NCBI GenBank assembly: GCA_003971905.1 | Contig: RSEE01000129.1 | Coordinates: 1 to 64,000 of the forward strand | Direction of reading: 5' to 3' | DNA from: Moniliella sp. 'wahieum' | Lineage: Eukaryota | Length of the DNA: 64,000 bases | Part shown: positions 1 to 10,950 of the stretch, one piece after another | Position numbering within the stretch: the first letter of the stretch is position 1 | How the letters are laid out: each line of letters begins with the position of its first letter | Made by a program: the position numbers and the translations under genes | The notes under the pieces: model-generated | The model's database searches: none | Told to the model about the DNA's origin: nothing | Seen by the model: only the letters and a program-made list of their open reading frames with translations

Positions 1-505
1 GGGAGAGAGCCGAGGCGATAGCGAGCTACCCGAAGGGGGAGAGTTATGCCGAGGCGATAGCGAGCTACCCGAAGGGGACAGAGTTATGCCGAGGCGATAG
101 CGAGCTACCCGAAGGGGACAGAGTTATGCCGAGGCGATAGCGAGCTACCCGAAGGGGACAGAGTTATGCCGAGGCGATAGCGAGCTACCCGAAGGGGACA
201 GAGTTATGCCGAGGCGATAGCGAGCTACCCGAAGGGGACAGAGTTATGCCGAGGCGATAGCGAGCTACCCGAAGGGGACAGAGTTATGCCGAGGCGATAG
301 CGAGCTACCCGAAGGGGACAGAGTTATGCCGAGGCGATAGCGAGCTACCCGAAGGGGACAGAGTTATGCCGAGGCGATAGCGAGCTACCGAAGGGGACAG
401 AGTTATGCCGAGGCGATAGCGAGCTACCCGAAGGGGACAGAGTTATGCCGAGGCGATAGCGAGCTACCGAAGGGGACAGAGTTATGCCGAGGCGATAGCT
501 CGCTA
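1..505. repeat. 40-bp tandem array (~12.5 units), running off the window start
   Basis: Unit GAGTTATGCCGAGGCGATAGCGAGCTACCCGAAGGGGACA repeats head-to-tail with no spacers. Two units lack one C and the last is partial. Confidence 0.97.
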
Positions 506-570
506 CGAAATCGTCCGCTCTATGCAGCATATGCCCTCCGTTTTTCGATTGGACCACCGTTCAAAAGTTA

Positions 571-610
571 CACCCCCCCATCCCTAACCCTACCCACCCC
601 GACCCACCCA
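571..610 (+). repeat. Degenerate telomere-like C-rich tract
   Basis: CACCCCCCCATCCCTAACCCTACCCACCCCGACCCACCCA contains CCCTAACCCTA at 582-592 and abuts the 28S fragment. Confidence 0.45.
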
Positions 611-722
611 ACTGGCTTGTGGCAGCCAAGCGTTCATAGCGACGTTGCTTTTTGATCCTTCGATGTCGGCTCTATCATGCCGTAGCAAAATTCGGCAAGC
701 GTTGGATTGTTCACCCACCAAT

Positions 723-767
<45 letters not shown>

Positions 768-1140
768 ATCCTACCGTAACAAGCGAGTCGACAGTAGTTC
801 CGGCGAGTACGAGAGGAACACCGGGGCCGGGCCTCCAGTTGAGCACCTGTCCGACCGGGCAGAGGTGCGCAGCCGGCCCGCCGAGTAACACCTGAACGCC
901 TCTAAGGTGGAACTCGTGCTGGTACGCTCGCATGTGCGCTGGATGGGTACCAATAGGCGCAAGCCGTACACCACGGGGGGGTCTCTGTGGCGGGGCGACG
1001 CCCCACCACACGCCCCACAATATACACTTGAAGCACACTGCAAATCCCCCGCATACGACGGGGCATGGTCCGAGCGCCGTACGCCGTAGAGTGGGCTTGT
1101 TCCCACGATCGGCTGAAGCCCATCTCGGCACCTCTGATTC
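610..1140 (+). rRNA. 28S/25S LSU rRNA, 3' fragment only (part of domain V to the 3' end)
   Basis: Universal eukaryotic LSU motifs AACTGGCTTGTGGCAGCCAAGCGTTCATAGCGACG and GTGAGCTGGGTTTAGACCGTCGTGAGACAGGTTAG, sarcin-ricin loop AGTACGAGAGGAAC at 806-819, CTGAACGCCTCTAAG, and 3'-terminal GTAGAG..CTTGTT..ACGATC..CTGA..TGATT. Confidence 0.95.
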
Positions 1141-1162
1141 CCCCCCTCCCTCGGGAGGGGGG
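1141..1162 (+). other. 3'-ETS hairpin immediately after the 28S end
   Basis: Perfect stem CCCCCCTCC-[CTCG]-GGAGGGGGG, in a position analogous to the RNase III-processed 3'-ETS hairpin of yeast. Confidence 0.55.
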
Positions 1163-1569
1163 TTCCTGACCAAGTCCCAACCCTACCCCCGAAAAAATAT
1201 GGAAAAATAGCGCGCCTGCGGCGCAAGAAAGAACGAAAAGAGGGAAAGAAAAGAGGGAAGACTGCGTGAGCGGCGCCGGACGCTCTATCAGGTTTGAGCC
1301 ATACCCTTTTACTTGCCCCGTTTTCCCCCCCGTTTTACCCCGCTGCGAGCACCCCCAAACCCTACTGACCACCGCTCGCTCCACTGCGGCGAGTATCCCC
1401 TGGGGGTGTCGCTAGGGGGCTCCCTAGGGTTTCCCTAGGGTTCTCCCTTGTGGATTCTCCCTCCTCCCCCCCTCCCCTCCCTTGTACTCTCCTACTGGGC
1501 TAGCCCCAGTAGGGTTGCCCCTTGTCAATATACGCCCCCCCCCATACCCCCCCTCCAAACACCCTGTGT

Positions 1570-1687
1570 ATCCGCGGCCATAGAACTGTGAAAGCACCGC
1601 ATCCCGTCCGATCTGCGAAGTTAACCACAGTATCGCCCAGTCAGTACTACGGTGGGGGACCACGTGGGAATCCTCGGTGCCGCGGTT
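1570..1687 (+). rRNA. 5S rRNA
   Basis: 118 nt ATCCGCGGCCATAGAACTGTGAAAGCACCGCATCCCGTCCGATCTGCGAAG...GGGAATCCTCGGTGCCGCGGTT of basidiomycete type, with paired termini CCGCGG/CCGCGG. Confidence 0.97.
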
Positions 1688-1688
1688 C

Positions 1689-1693
1689 TTTTT
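1689..1693 (+). terminator. RNA polymerase III terminator of the 5S gene
   Basis: T5 run directly after the 5S 3' end. Confidence 0.75.
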
Positions 1694-2523
1694 GCCAACT
1701 GACCCTCTGTAAGTACCCCTCTCCGCCCTCCTTTTGCACACCCACCCTCCATCGGCAGGGCCCCCCCCGTACTAATACACCCCGCCCCCATCGGCACCGT
1801 TGCGGCGCTACACCCCATTCTACCCTCCATCTTCGACCCCCCGCCCATGCCCCACAACTCTTCCCCCCGCGCCCCCACGCCGCCCACACCTCCGTCGCAC
1901 CCCTCTCCACTTCGTTCTAATACCACTTGGCCGTACCTCCAACCATTGAGGAGCTATAGCACTTCCCCCGCATACTTCCCCCTATAGAGCTCATACATAG
2001 TCGCTGCACCTACCACCGCCCCCCCTCCGTAACCGATTGGGCCCGTATATATTCGATTTGCGTCCGAGGGCAGCATCGTGCTTCCGTCGGCACTGTTCAC
2101 CCTATAGCCTCGAAGCGCGGCTTGGAATTATAATTAACCCTAGTTCATTCTGTCGCTGCGGATTCGCAACCCTAGTGCCCCGTTTGCCAGTGAACTGCGC
2201 TGGTTTTGGGGCCTGCCCCCTTCCTCTCACCACCACCACCACACGTATGCCAAGGCATCGCCCTGACCACCACCTTCAGCATGCGTGTTACCTCTGTCGG
2301 CTGAGCTCCGCGACGTGACCAATGCCGGGCCATGCCCGGCATCCTCCCAACCGGTGCTCATTTCTCTTGGCCACTCGCCCCCTTCCACAACACAGTCTTC
2401 CCCATCCAATTGCCATTTGTGTGCTGGCGAAGCGCCTAAGCCGAGGAGCGCAACATGCCGAACGTCAGCTCAGTCGTCGGCTGACCGTATGCCCTGCTTG
2501 AAGTAACTAGTAAGTCCCCACTA

Positions 2524-3333
2524 TTGCCTCGTTGCTCATCGCTGACTGTCCTGTGTGAAGATATGATGTGCCTTGTGGGATGCACGTGTCCCTATCTCTA
2601 CGTTGCGAAACCGCAGCCTAGGGAACGGGCTAGGCAATTATGGCGGGGCAAGAAGGTTTGTACGACGACGATGCACCCTCGACAAAGCGAGTGGCGCTCC
2701 CGCTTCGGGCATGTGGCAGCGGTCTGCCAACAAGTGGCGACCGGGGGCAAGAAGTGCGGCCTGTGCCGCATCCCCCGGCACCAACGCGACCAATGCCAAG
2801 ACCTGATTGATGTGTCGATCAAGGCCATTGCTCGCAAGAAAGGGCCTGAGCAAGTTGAATGCAGCGCAGAAGACATCGTGGCGAACGGGTCGGAGCGAAT
2901 CGAAGTGGCAGCGGCAGCTGCAGCGTTGGATGCGCCCCGGACAAGCGCGCGTGGTTTATCTGGAAAGAATCGTGGTCGTGTTTACTCCTCCTCCGAGTCG
3001 GAGGGGGAGGCTTTTGGCGGCGGTCAAGACGCCAGCGAGGCCCGCGACTGGGGCGATCGTGGTGTCAATTGGGCCGGTACGCCGGTCGACGCGGAGGGCA
3101 GCGCTCAACGGCTGTCTTTGTGCGCAGGGCTGCCGTTGCGGAGGCGGCCTTTACCCCTTGCCGGGTGGATCCGGCGATGGGTTGATGGGTTGGAGTCGGG
3201 CAAGGAAGGTGGGGACGGAGTGGGAAGCGAGGGGGGTGGATCGGAGGGCGAGGAGGCCGACAGCGAGGGCGAGGCGGCCAGCTCGGGGCGGGGGCCTGCT
3301 CTAGGCGGCCTCTGGTCCATCCCCCCCGTCTAG
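2524..3333 (+). CDS. Hypothetical Cys-rich protein with acidic C-terminus (exon structure uncertain)
   Basis: 269-aa ORF with CxxC-like segments (KKCGLCRIPRHQRDQC) and an E/S/G-rich tail. No family recognised. Confidence 0.3.
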   Translation: MPRCSSLTVLCEDMMCLVGCTCPYLYVAKPQPRERARQLWRGKKVCTTTMHPRQSEWRSRFGHVAAVCQQVATGGKKCGLCRIPRHQRDQCQDLIDVSIKAIARKKGPEQVECSAEDIVANGSERIEVAAAAAALDAPRTSARGLSGKNRGRVYSSSESEGEAFGGGQDASEARDWGDRGVNWAGTPVDAEGSAQRLSLCAGLPLRRRPLPLAGWIRRWVDGLESGKEGGDGVGSEGGGSEGEEADSEGEAASSGRGPALGGLWSIPPV

Positions 3334-3351
3334 CCCCTGGCGAAGCTCCTT

Positions 3352-3973
3352 CCCAGGGCAAAGAAAACACTGCCATGTTCACCACCGTCGCCGGGGCACC
3401 ATGCTAGCCATCGCCACACACGCTCTCACACGCCGCTCCCCCACCAAGCTCGTCACGTCCACCAACACTGCCACCACAGTAAACGCCACTACTTAGCAGG
3501 TGCGTTGTTGCAGCGTTGGACATACGTCTGCATGCACATCCCCCCTCCCTCCTGCTTCTATTCTGCTCACCACCCGCGTCTACTCTGCGTTGCTCTCCCC
3601 CCCACCCAGGCCCAGCATACGGCTCCACCCATCGGGCATATGCCATTTGTCGTTCTTGAGGTGAGCCTTTCGGCCATCCTGTTTGCCCGGTACGTGCCGA
3701 CTCTGGCGTATCCCCTTAAAACGCCCTTGCCTCACACCACCGCAAACGCGTCGATCCTGACGTGTTTTTCCTCTCTCTCTTACTATAGCGGATTCTTCCC
3801 TCGTGACCACTACCGCCAGAGCATCATGGTCCCCGCCCTGCTCGACAACCCACTGCCCATCCCGGGGGGAACTGACGAGCCTGACTGGGAAACCCGGCCA
3901 CGTCAAGTGATCCGGGCCAAAGGGGATAAAACAGTGCCATGTTCACCAACGTCGCCTGGGGCACCATGCTAGC
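3352..3973 (+). repeat. Diverged ~55-bp direct repeat pair (about 3352-3408 and 3916-3973)
   Basis: AAAACACTGCCATGTTCACCACCGTCGCCGGGGCACCATGCTAGC versus AAAACAGTGCCATGTTCACCAACGTCGCCTGGGGCACCATGCTAGC. Confidence 0.85.
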
Positions 3974-4859
3974 GGGGATGCCCTTGTGGAACATCACATA
4001 CGAGTCAATATCATAGGCGCCGACCAACGCGACCCTCGATGTTATTGTCTCGCCACTGTCCATCGCCGGCCTATCTACCTGCAACCCGCCAAGAAACGGT
4101 TTGCCACTGCGTACGAGCGACTCTGGCATGAAAGTGGTGGCAAATGGCCGCTGCAGCCCTTTTATGAGTCCCCATCGGCCCTAATACCGCCCTGGCCCAG
4201 CTCTGTCTAGCGCAACTGAGTGCCGATGACTATGCCCCGAATCGGCAGTGGTTGGACGAACGGCTCCCCCAGCCCTAGCGACTCTGGATGATCTCAAGAA
4301 GCACGATCAAAACCACAATCTCTGCCACAGTTGCTGTCCTGGCTCGACTGTATCGGTACGTTCGATGACCCGTCCATCCGTTGGGATGCTCTTCTTCTTC
4401 CTTCCTGGCACCCCGCCGCGGTAACAGGTGCGACGAAAGGGGGTGAAAGGAGAGAAACAGCGCGAGGAGGAAGACTTGCTAACCCGCACATCTCTCAGCA
4501 GGAGCAGATGGGCACCATCCCAACTCTCACAACTGCGTCAGATGATGCACTATTCCCGTCTTGGTCAGCACACCACGGGGGGGTGGGGACCACAACGTGT
4601 TACAACAACTGGAATGATACGGAGGTCCGACTGGCGTATCTGGTGACCAAGAAGGTACGTATATGATGATGATCTTTTCAGGATCGTGACGCAATCCGAC
4701 TAGAAAAGGAACCGGAGGGGACGATATACTTACTGGATACACTTTGCCTTATCAGTTTGACCAAGCTTCGCAAGATGCCGAGCACTGGACCGCCAAGTTG
4801 TTTGTCGCCATGGAAGGCACTGCCCACCCCCCAAAGCAGCAGCTCCCTTGAATAGTAGA

Positions 4860-6700
4860 GCTACCTTTGGCTGGAACACTATGCATGGCTCAGTGTTGAC
4901 TAGCACCTCCGTGCTTCATCCCTTGCCGCCTCATCTACCTTGCCCCAGCTACGAATGTTCCTCTTGACTGGGATACCCGGGCGTGGCAAAGCTGCCGTCG
5001 GCACTGTTCGCGTAGGACTGTCTCTGCCCTGCTGGCCTACGTTGTGATGGCGGTACGTTACCCACGTTCTCTTGTACTGTCCAAATTACTGACAACCCAA
5101 GCAGCTCAAACACCGCACCAAGGAACCTGCCTGGATCAATACCCCTTTTCCAAGCATACGAGCGTACGCGGTGGCCATGGAGGCACTGCCCCACTTGACG
5201 ATGAGCAGCTACTGTGGCGAAGAAAGTACCCGCTCCACTCCCCCTTCGGTGGGGTCTGCTCGGACGATCCTGATTGCCATTTGGCCGGGCAGGGACGTGC
5301 GAAGGGGATGTCGGACCTGCATCCGGGTCTTTTAGCGGCCGGGCGCCGCCCTACGGGATAGCCAGCTGCTTCTGGGCAACACAGCGGACGCCTTTAACGC
5401 CGTCTGCAGCGATTCCGTCTGCAGTGCGGGTCTGGAGCGACTGCTGCTTGTGCGAAAGGGAGAGAGACTAGGTTGGTAGTTTTTCTTGGCCGCAACGAGA
5501 GATGTTAGGCGACACACAGCGAGCACCCCGACGAACAACAAACAAGCGACCACCTCCGCGCTCGGCGCCCTCGCGGAGTCCGAGGAGCAGCTCGCAGGGC
5601 AACGCCATGGACATGGCCTCGACGCGAAGCAGCTGCAGAGCATGGTGCTGGGCGGGACAACGGCCAAGGAAGGGGGTAGCCAAATGGCTGCGGCGACGGG
5701 GACAACGGGGACGACGGCGGTGAAGGCGAGAGGGGGAGACGAGACGCGAGGGGAAGCAGGATGCGCGACCAAAAGGCGCACTAGGTACGCTGCGTTCCGG
5801 ATTGGCGGGTCGGTAGACAAGGCGCCGCTTGCTTGGTGCGCTGTGCTGCCGAGCGTGGCAAACGCCTACTGCTGTCCCCAAGAATCGGCAGTGTGGGTTG
5901 GTTCGTGGCCAGGTCCGGCCGGTAAGGACGGGCCAGCCAAGGAGGGGGTACGTGGGTCGGGAAGCCACGCGCGGCGAGGGTCCAGTCGCGGGAGTGTGGT
6001 GCCGATATGGGTGCAGGTGTCCCCCTCGGCACAGCGCTGGGCCGCTCGGTTTCGCGGCGAGCGTTGCGTCGTCGCGTTGCGGCCGCCGCGTCGGTTGGCG
6101 CGCCCACGCAGTTGCAATTCATCTACATCGGCTGCGGCCACCACCTACAACCCTAGCTCCGCGCCGAATTTAATCTCGTCGCGTCTGCGCGGCTTTTGCT
6201 TCTGCGCCAACCAGCACTGTGGGGCCGCCGCTGCAGCTCGTGTCCTAGCTTTTTCTCCTCTCGCTGTGCACCAAGGCGGATGCGTGCTCATGGGGGCGGG
6301 GCCCCGCTTCTTGCTGCTCATCCTTGTCCATGCAGCGCTCGATACGAGGGCGCGGCTGGGACGCAGGCCTAGACGCGTCCCAGGCCTAGGCGATGGTCTG
6401 CAGCAGCATGCCGAGCAGGACACGCTGTTCCTTCACCCGCCCACCTAGAGTCGTGGGTACGACGAATCGGGCCTTGCCTGCAAACGTGAATCGTGTCTTC
6501 CCGAATCGGCCGCTTCTGTTCCAAGCGCGGTCGACATCGTGCGTGGCGGAATGCAAATCAACCTGAAGATGGCCCATCCATGGGGTCCTGACAACTGGAC
6601 TGTGCGTGTGGTGGCAACGAGGGCGGCAGTATGGATCGCCCTCTTCCCTTTGCTGGGCAGCAACATGCATCATGCACATCTCTCAGAGCCAGCAGCGCCC
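4860..6700 (+). pseudogene. Copy 1 of an unidentified tandem paralog family (disrupted)
   Basis: Intron-like 5053-5104 resembles 9488-9547. Block 6100-6600 aligns by eye with 10080-10430 and 16220-16560 (GGAATGCAAATCAACCTGAAGATG). Confidence 0.5.
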
Positions 6701-6849
6701 CAACCAAACGCAACACCACTCGCGGATGATTCATTTGCTGGTATTTGCCGCCCTCCCATTTGCGTTGCTTGCCACATTGCCCAACGGCAGCGCGCCAACC
6801 TCACTCCTCGATGGAGCGCCGACAGCCCGCTTGTATCGATTTTAGTTGT

Positions 6850-8700
6850 CCCCCCAAATCGGCCGTGCTTGGGTTCCCATGAGTAACCATTTTCCACAAA
6901 CCGGCTCGAGGGCAACTATCGTGCCCAGGAGAAGTGGACCCATTACCTCTGAACAGTTGTGCGTGCGTTTGGGCTCGTCGGAGTGGGGTGAAGCAACAAG
7001 TTTTTGCCACATCAACCTTTGGAGTATTCCTGGCATGGGTATGAGCTTTACCTTTGCAACGCGGGTGCCAGCAATGACAACATTCCCTTTTGCTAGCAGT
7101 TGCGCTGGTAAGGTGGGATTGGATATCGGGCCCTCCATTGCTGTGAGGCTGCACGTACCGCTGCTTCCTCCATCGACGAACGAGGCTGGGCTCGTATCGT
7201 TCATGTCCCCCATGGCGGTGTTGCGACCAAGACGGGGTTACGCTTCCATCAAGGTACACTGTGACGCGGTGTGGCATCTAGTTCTTCTGCTTCTGTTGCG
7301 TTTACATCCGCAAAAGCCTGTCGCGCCGCCGCCTTCCTTTCGGCCTTACGGCCACGCCGAATTGCTAGACATGCGAATCCTTTTTACGCTGTCTTGCGAG
7401 GCGTTGATACCGCTCTACCGACTATGTGTTACTCTGGTACGAAAGCACCCATGTCTTGCTCTGCGGCGATGTACTGACCAGCTCACTAAACAGGTACAAA
7501 TATGCCTGCCGGAGCCGAATAGCCGATGGAAACAAGTAAGTGGTCAGTCCGCCATCTGCAGAGGCGTCCCTTCGCACCAAATTAAACGTCACGACGGGCA
7601 GCGGCAACCTCGGATGGTGGCGGGGGGGTTGCCAGGTCCCGCCGTCCGCCTGGCCTGGGATCGTCCCCAATGAACACAATGGGCACGCTTTGCAAGAGAG
7701 CTTGAGGTTCATTATAAAGACGCGAACCAAACCATTGCCAGCTTATACCGCGTCGTTGTGTCGATGAAGAAGGAGACGCGCATCCGGAGATGGTTTCGCT
7801 CACGCCTGAGGAATGGGGGGCGGCCTGGTGGTATGAGACCAACAGGATGAAAAGAATTGGTCCTACTGATCGTCCCTCATGATGTGTTTGGTCGCGATGC
7901 ACACTTCTCTCAGGGATTACCGATCCAGGATGGGCCCAGCGCGCCAATTTCTTGGTGTGGATGTCGATGCTTGTACGTGGTCCTTGTGCTTCTTGTAGCC
8001 CAAGTTGCTGACATCTATCATTAGCCAAGCGCAGCATCGGAGGCAATCGGGCCGGACGCATCATGCAGCCCTTCAACTCGTCACGTCAACGCCCCACAGT
8101 CGTTCAAAGTGCGAATTGAGACGCACGCCGACACGGCACTGCCCTGTTTGGTTATCGGCGCTGCACCACAAGCCAAGCAGTCCGGATTCGCACTCCCCGC
8201 GGTTCCGCCGACAAGGAAGGCCCCAAGTTGCTATCGAGGAGCAAGTGCTGTTCGCTGCTGTTTTGTTATGCGGGGCCGGTACAGACGTGGAGAACGGGTG
8301 CGGGGGACGAGCGGCCGCAGTGCGTTGCCTTTCGCACAGCCACAGCACTACGAAAGAAGATGGGGGTCGGCGGCGACAGGCTTGCCTGCTCCCAGAGAAC
8401 GCGTTTGCTGACCGAGCAGGCCTGCCCAGCCGCAGTTCTATCGCTTCACCGAGCTCGAGACCCGGCCTGTCATGACCATTTAGGGGGATGATGGGCGCCG
8501 CATCTCGAACCCCTGAAGAGGATGCAGATGGTGTGGTTAGCGTCAATGAGCCTCACTCTCGATTGGATATTGAGGATTGATGCGACGCTTGGTCCGCCGC
8601 GCTTGCCGTTCGGGTGGGCTGTCGACCACCCCCAAACCCAAGCCGTGTCGGAGTGAATTCTCAGCCTCGCATCTTCTGTCTGCCACTCCCTGATCATTCG
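6850..8700 (+). pseudogene. Copy 2 of the unidentified tandem paralog family (disrupted)
   Basis: Introns 7437-7493 and 7973-8024. Region 7000-8050 aligns with 14850-15900 (GKVGLDIGPSIAV versus GKVRLDMMPSIAV), and 8050-8640 aligns with 10530-10900. Confidence 0.5.
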
Positions 8701-9019
8701 CCACTCCCTTATCATTTACATTTCCTCGTTCCCCCTCCCCCTGTCTTCGGCCCCCCGGTGCTGCTGGGCCGGGTACCCACACGGCGAGCTCCTGGTACGG
8801 CCCCTGCGTCATGCCCTTGTGCATGCAAAGACAGCGGCTGTCATCGCGGCAGTCGTCGTTGGAGCGGCGGTCCAGTTAGTCGCTCGAATTGTCTCGTTCT
8901 ATCTGTCCCGCAACAATCACTGTTCCCGCGAGCGCATGTGTACCGCAGGTCCTAACCAAAAGAAGCAAGGCGGTGGGTATGCCATCCCGTCAACCTGGTC
9001 TGGCTTAATGGCCTCCTGA

Positions 9020-10950
9020 CTATTTTTGTCCCGAGTCGATCTAAGCTGTCTTGCTCGTGCTTGCTCGTGCGTTACGTGCACATCTAAGGCACATCATCTT
9101 GGGGAACTCGTTGCTGGCATTGCATCCCGGGAGACCCAAACATGTCCATCTATTCATTGCGACTGCCCGACATATATCGCAGCGATCCCGCCACAGACGC
9201 CTCTGAACCCCAGCGCCCAAGGAACATCATTCGCCACCAAACGGCCGCGTGGCGACTGCAATGTTGGGGACTGGTTCCGCTATTCTTCCAGTGCAGCGCG
9301 CAGCTTCATGAGCCCCTGGTACTGTTTGCGTGCAGGCTGTAAACGTTGTCCATGCCCTACAAATGTGGTGCGATGTCTCCGCAGTTACCAACGATAGGAT
9401 AGCTGCTGCCGATATGGGCGGTTTATCTGCAACACTTGATGTGCACATTCGTTTCGACCAAGCTTGCTGGCTCACATTGTGGTGATGGTACGTTGCCCCT
9501 GCTCTCTTGTACTCTCTTGTGGTGCGAAATACTGACAACCCACGCAGACCGAACACAGTACCAGCAGTAATTGGGACGAACGTACTAGCCCAAGGAAACT
9601 GGTTGCATCAATGCCTCTTATCCACCGCATGCGACGCGGACGCGGTGAAAGTGCAAGCACTGCTCCGCTTGACGCCGCCCTCGCAAGGCAAGTGCGCGCA
9701 CTGCTCTCCCCTCGTTGTACGGAAGGCGCGGGTTGGGCTTTGCGCAGCAAGGGACGTGCGCAACCAGTGTCCGACGCGCTCCACGCGCCTGCTTCAGCAG
9801 CTGTGCACCAGGCCTGCGTGGAAGCGACCTGTGCCTGGCCAACACGGCGGGTGCCTTGCGCGTGGGAAGCGCTCCCTGCTGCAGTGCAAGTCCACAGAGC
9901 TGCTGCTCATGACAGGGGAAGGGGGGCTGGGTTGTGATATTCGTGGCCGCAACCACAAAAGGCGGCGGCGGACGCAAGCCAAGCAGCCCCGCAATCGGCC
10001 GCAATCGGCCGCCTCTGCGCGGGACGCGCGAGAAAGGGCTGCTCCCGCCGCGGGGTTAACGTTTAACGTGCGTTTGCCGCTCGCTTGGCGCGCAGAAGTT
10101 CCTCCACATTGGCCGCCGCCACACCGCCCAAGCCTGGCCCCGCGCCAATTCTGGCCTGGCTGCGTTTGGGACCGGTTTGCCTCTCCACGACCAACACGCT
10201 GGGAATCTGCTATGCCTCGTGTCCTTGCTTCCTTCATCCTTGCGCTACCCGCCAAGCCGGATGCGTGCTCACGGGGGGGCACGCCCCTGGGCACCGCTTT
10301 TTGCTGTCCATCCTTGTCGATGCAGTACCCGAACTGGCTGCGAGAAGGCGGTTGCGTTACCGAGCTCGACACGATGCGCAGCGGTGGAATGCAAATTAAC
10401 CTGGAGATGACCCACCCATGGGATGCCATACCTTTGATGGTGGTGATGCCTGTACGTGTCCATTTCCTTCTGCTGGAACCCAAGTTGCTGACGTTTCACC
10501 TTAGCTGGACGGAGCACCAGAAGCAATGTGTGCGCACATAAGCGGGCCTTAACTCGTCGCGCCCACGTCCCCCCAGCCAGTTGCGCAAGGCGCCAATGCA
10601 GGGAATATTGGCAAAGGCACGGTTCCCGCTCCTGCGGATGTGCCAGCAGGGAAGGCCTCTACGGCTGGCGAAGATCAGATCCTGCTCGATGCTGCTGTGT
10701 TGAGGGGCGGGTGCGTAGAGCAGGTCCGGGGGGGGTGGCTGCTCTTCATTACCCTTGTTGGATCCCTGAAGAGGATGGAGACGGGATTGGATAGTGTCGA
10801 TGAGCCTCACTCTCGATTGGGTACTGATCATGGATGTGACTGCCTGGCTCGACACGCTTGTTGGTCAGGTGGACTGGCGACCACCACCCAACCCAAGCTG
10901 TGCCAAAATGAATCCTCCACCTCGCCTCTTTTGCTCGGAACTCGCAGCAG
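9020..10950 (+). pseudogene. Copy 3 of the unidentified tandem paralog family (disrupted)
   Basis: Introns 9488-9547 and 10452-10504. Shares ATGAGCCTCACTCTCGATTGG with ~8545-8570 and the GGMQINL motif with ~6545. Confidence 0.5.

Noticed and set aside
1..505. CRISPR array
   Set aside because: Units are contiguous and identical with no unique spacers, the context is eukaryotic and there are no cas genes.
1..505. Canonical telomerase-made telomere repeat
   Set aside because: There is no TTAGGG-like core, and the + strand is G-rich (15 G versus 9 C per unit), opposite to the expectation for a left chromosome end.
500..609. Group I intron 3' end at L2449
   Set aside because: The base before the exon is C, not the terminal G, and no recognisable catalytic core is present.
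345..1926. ORF-track proteins over the repeat, 28S and 5S region
   Set aside because: They are chance translations of satellite and rDNA sequence.
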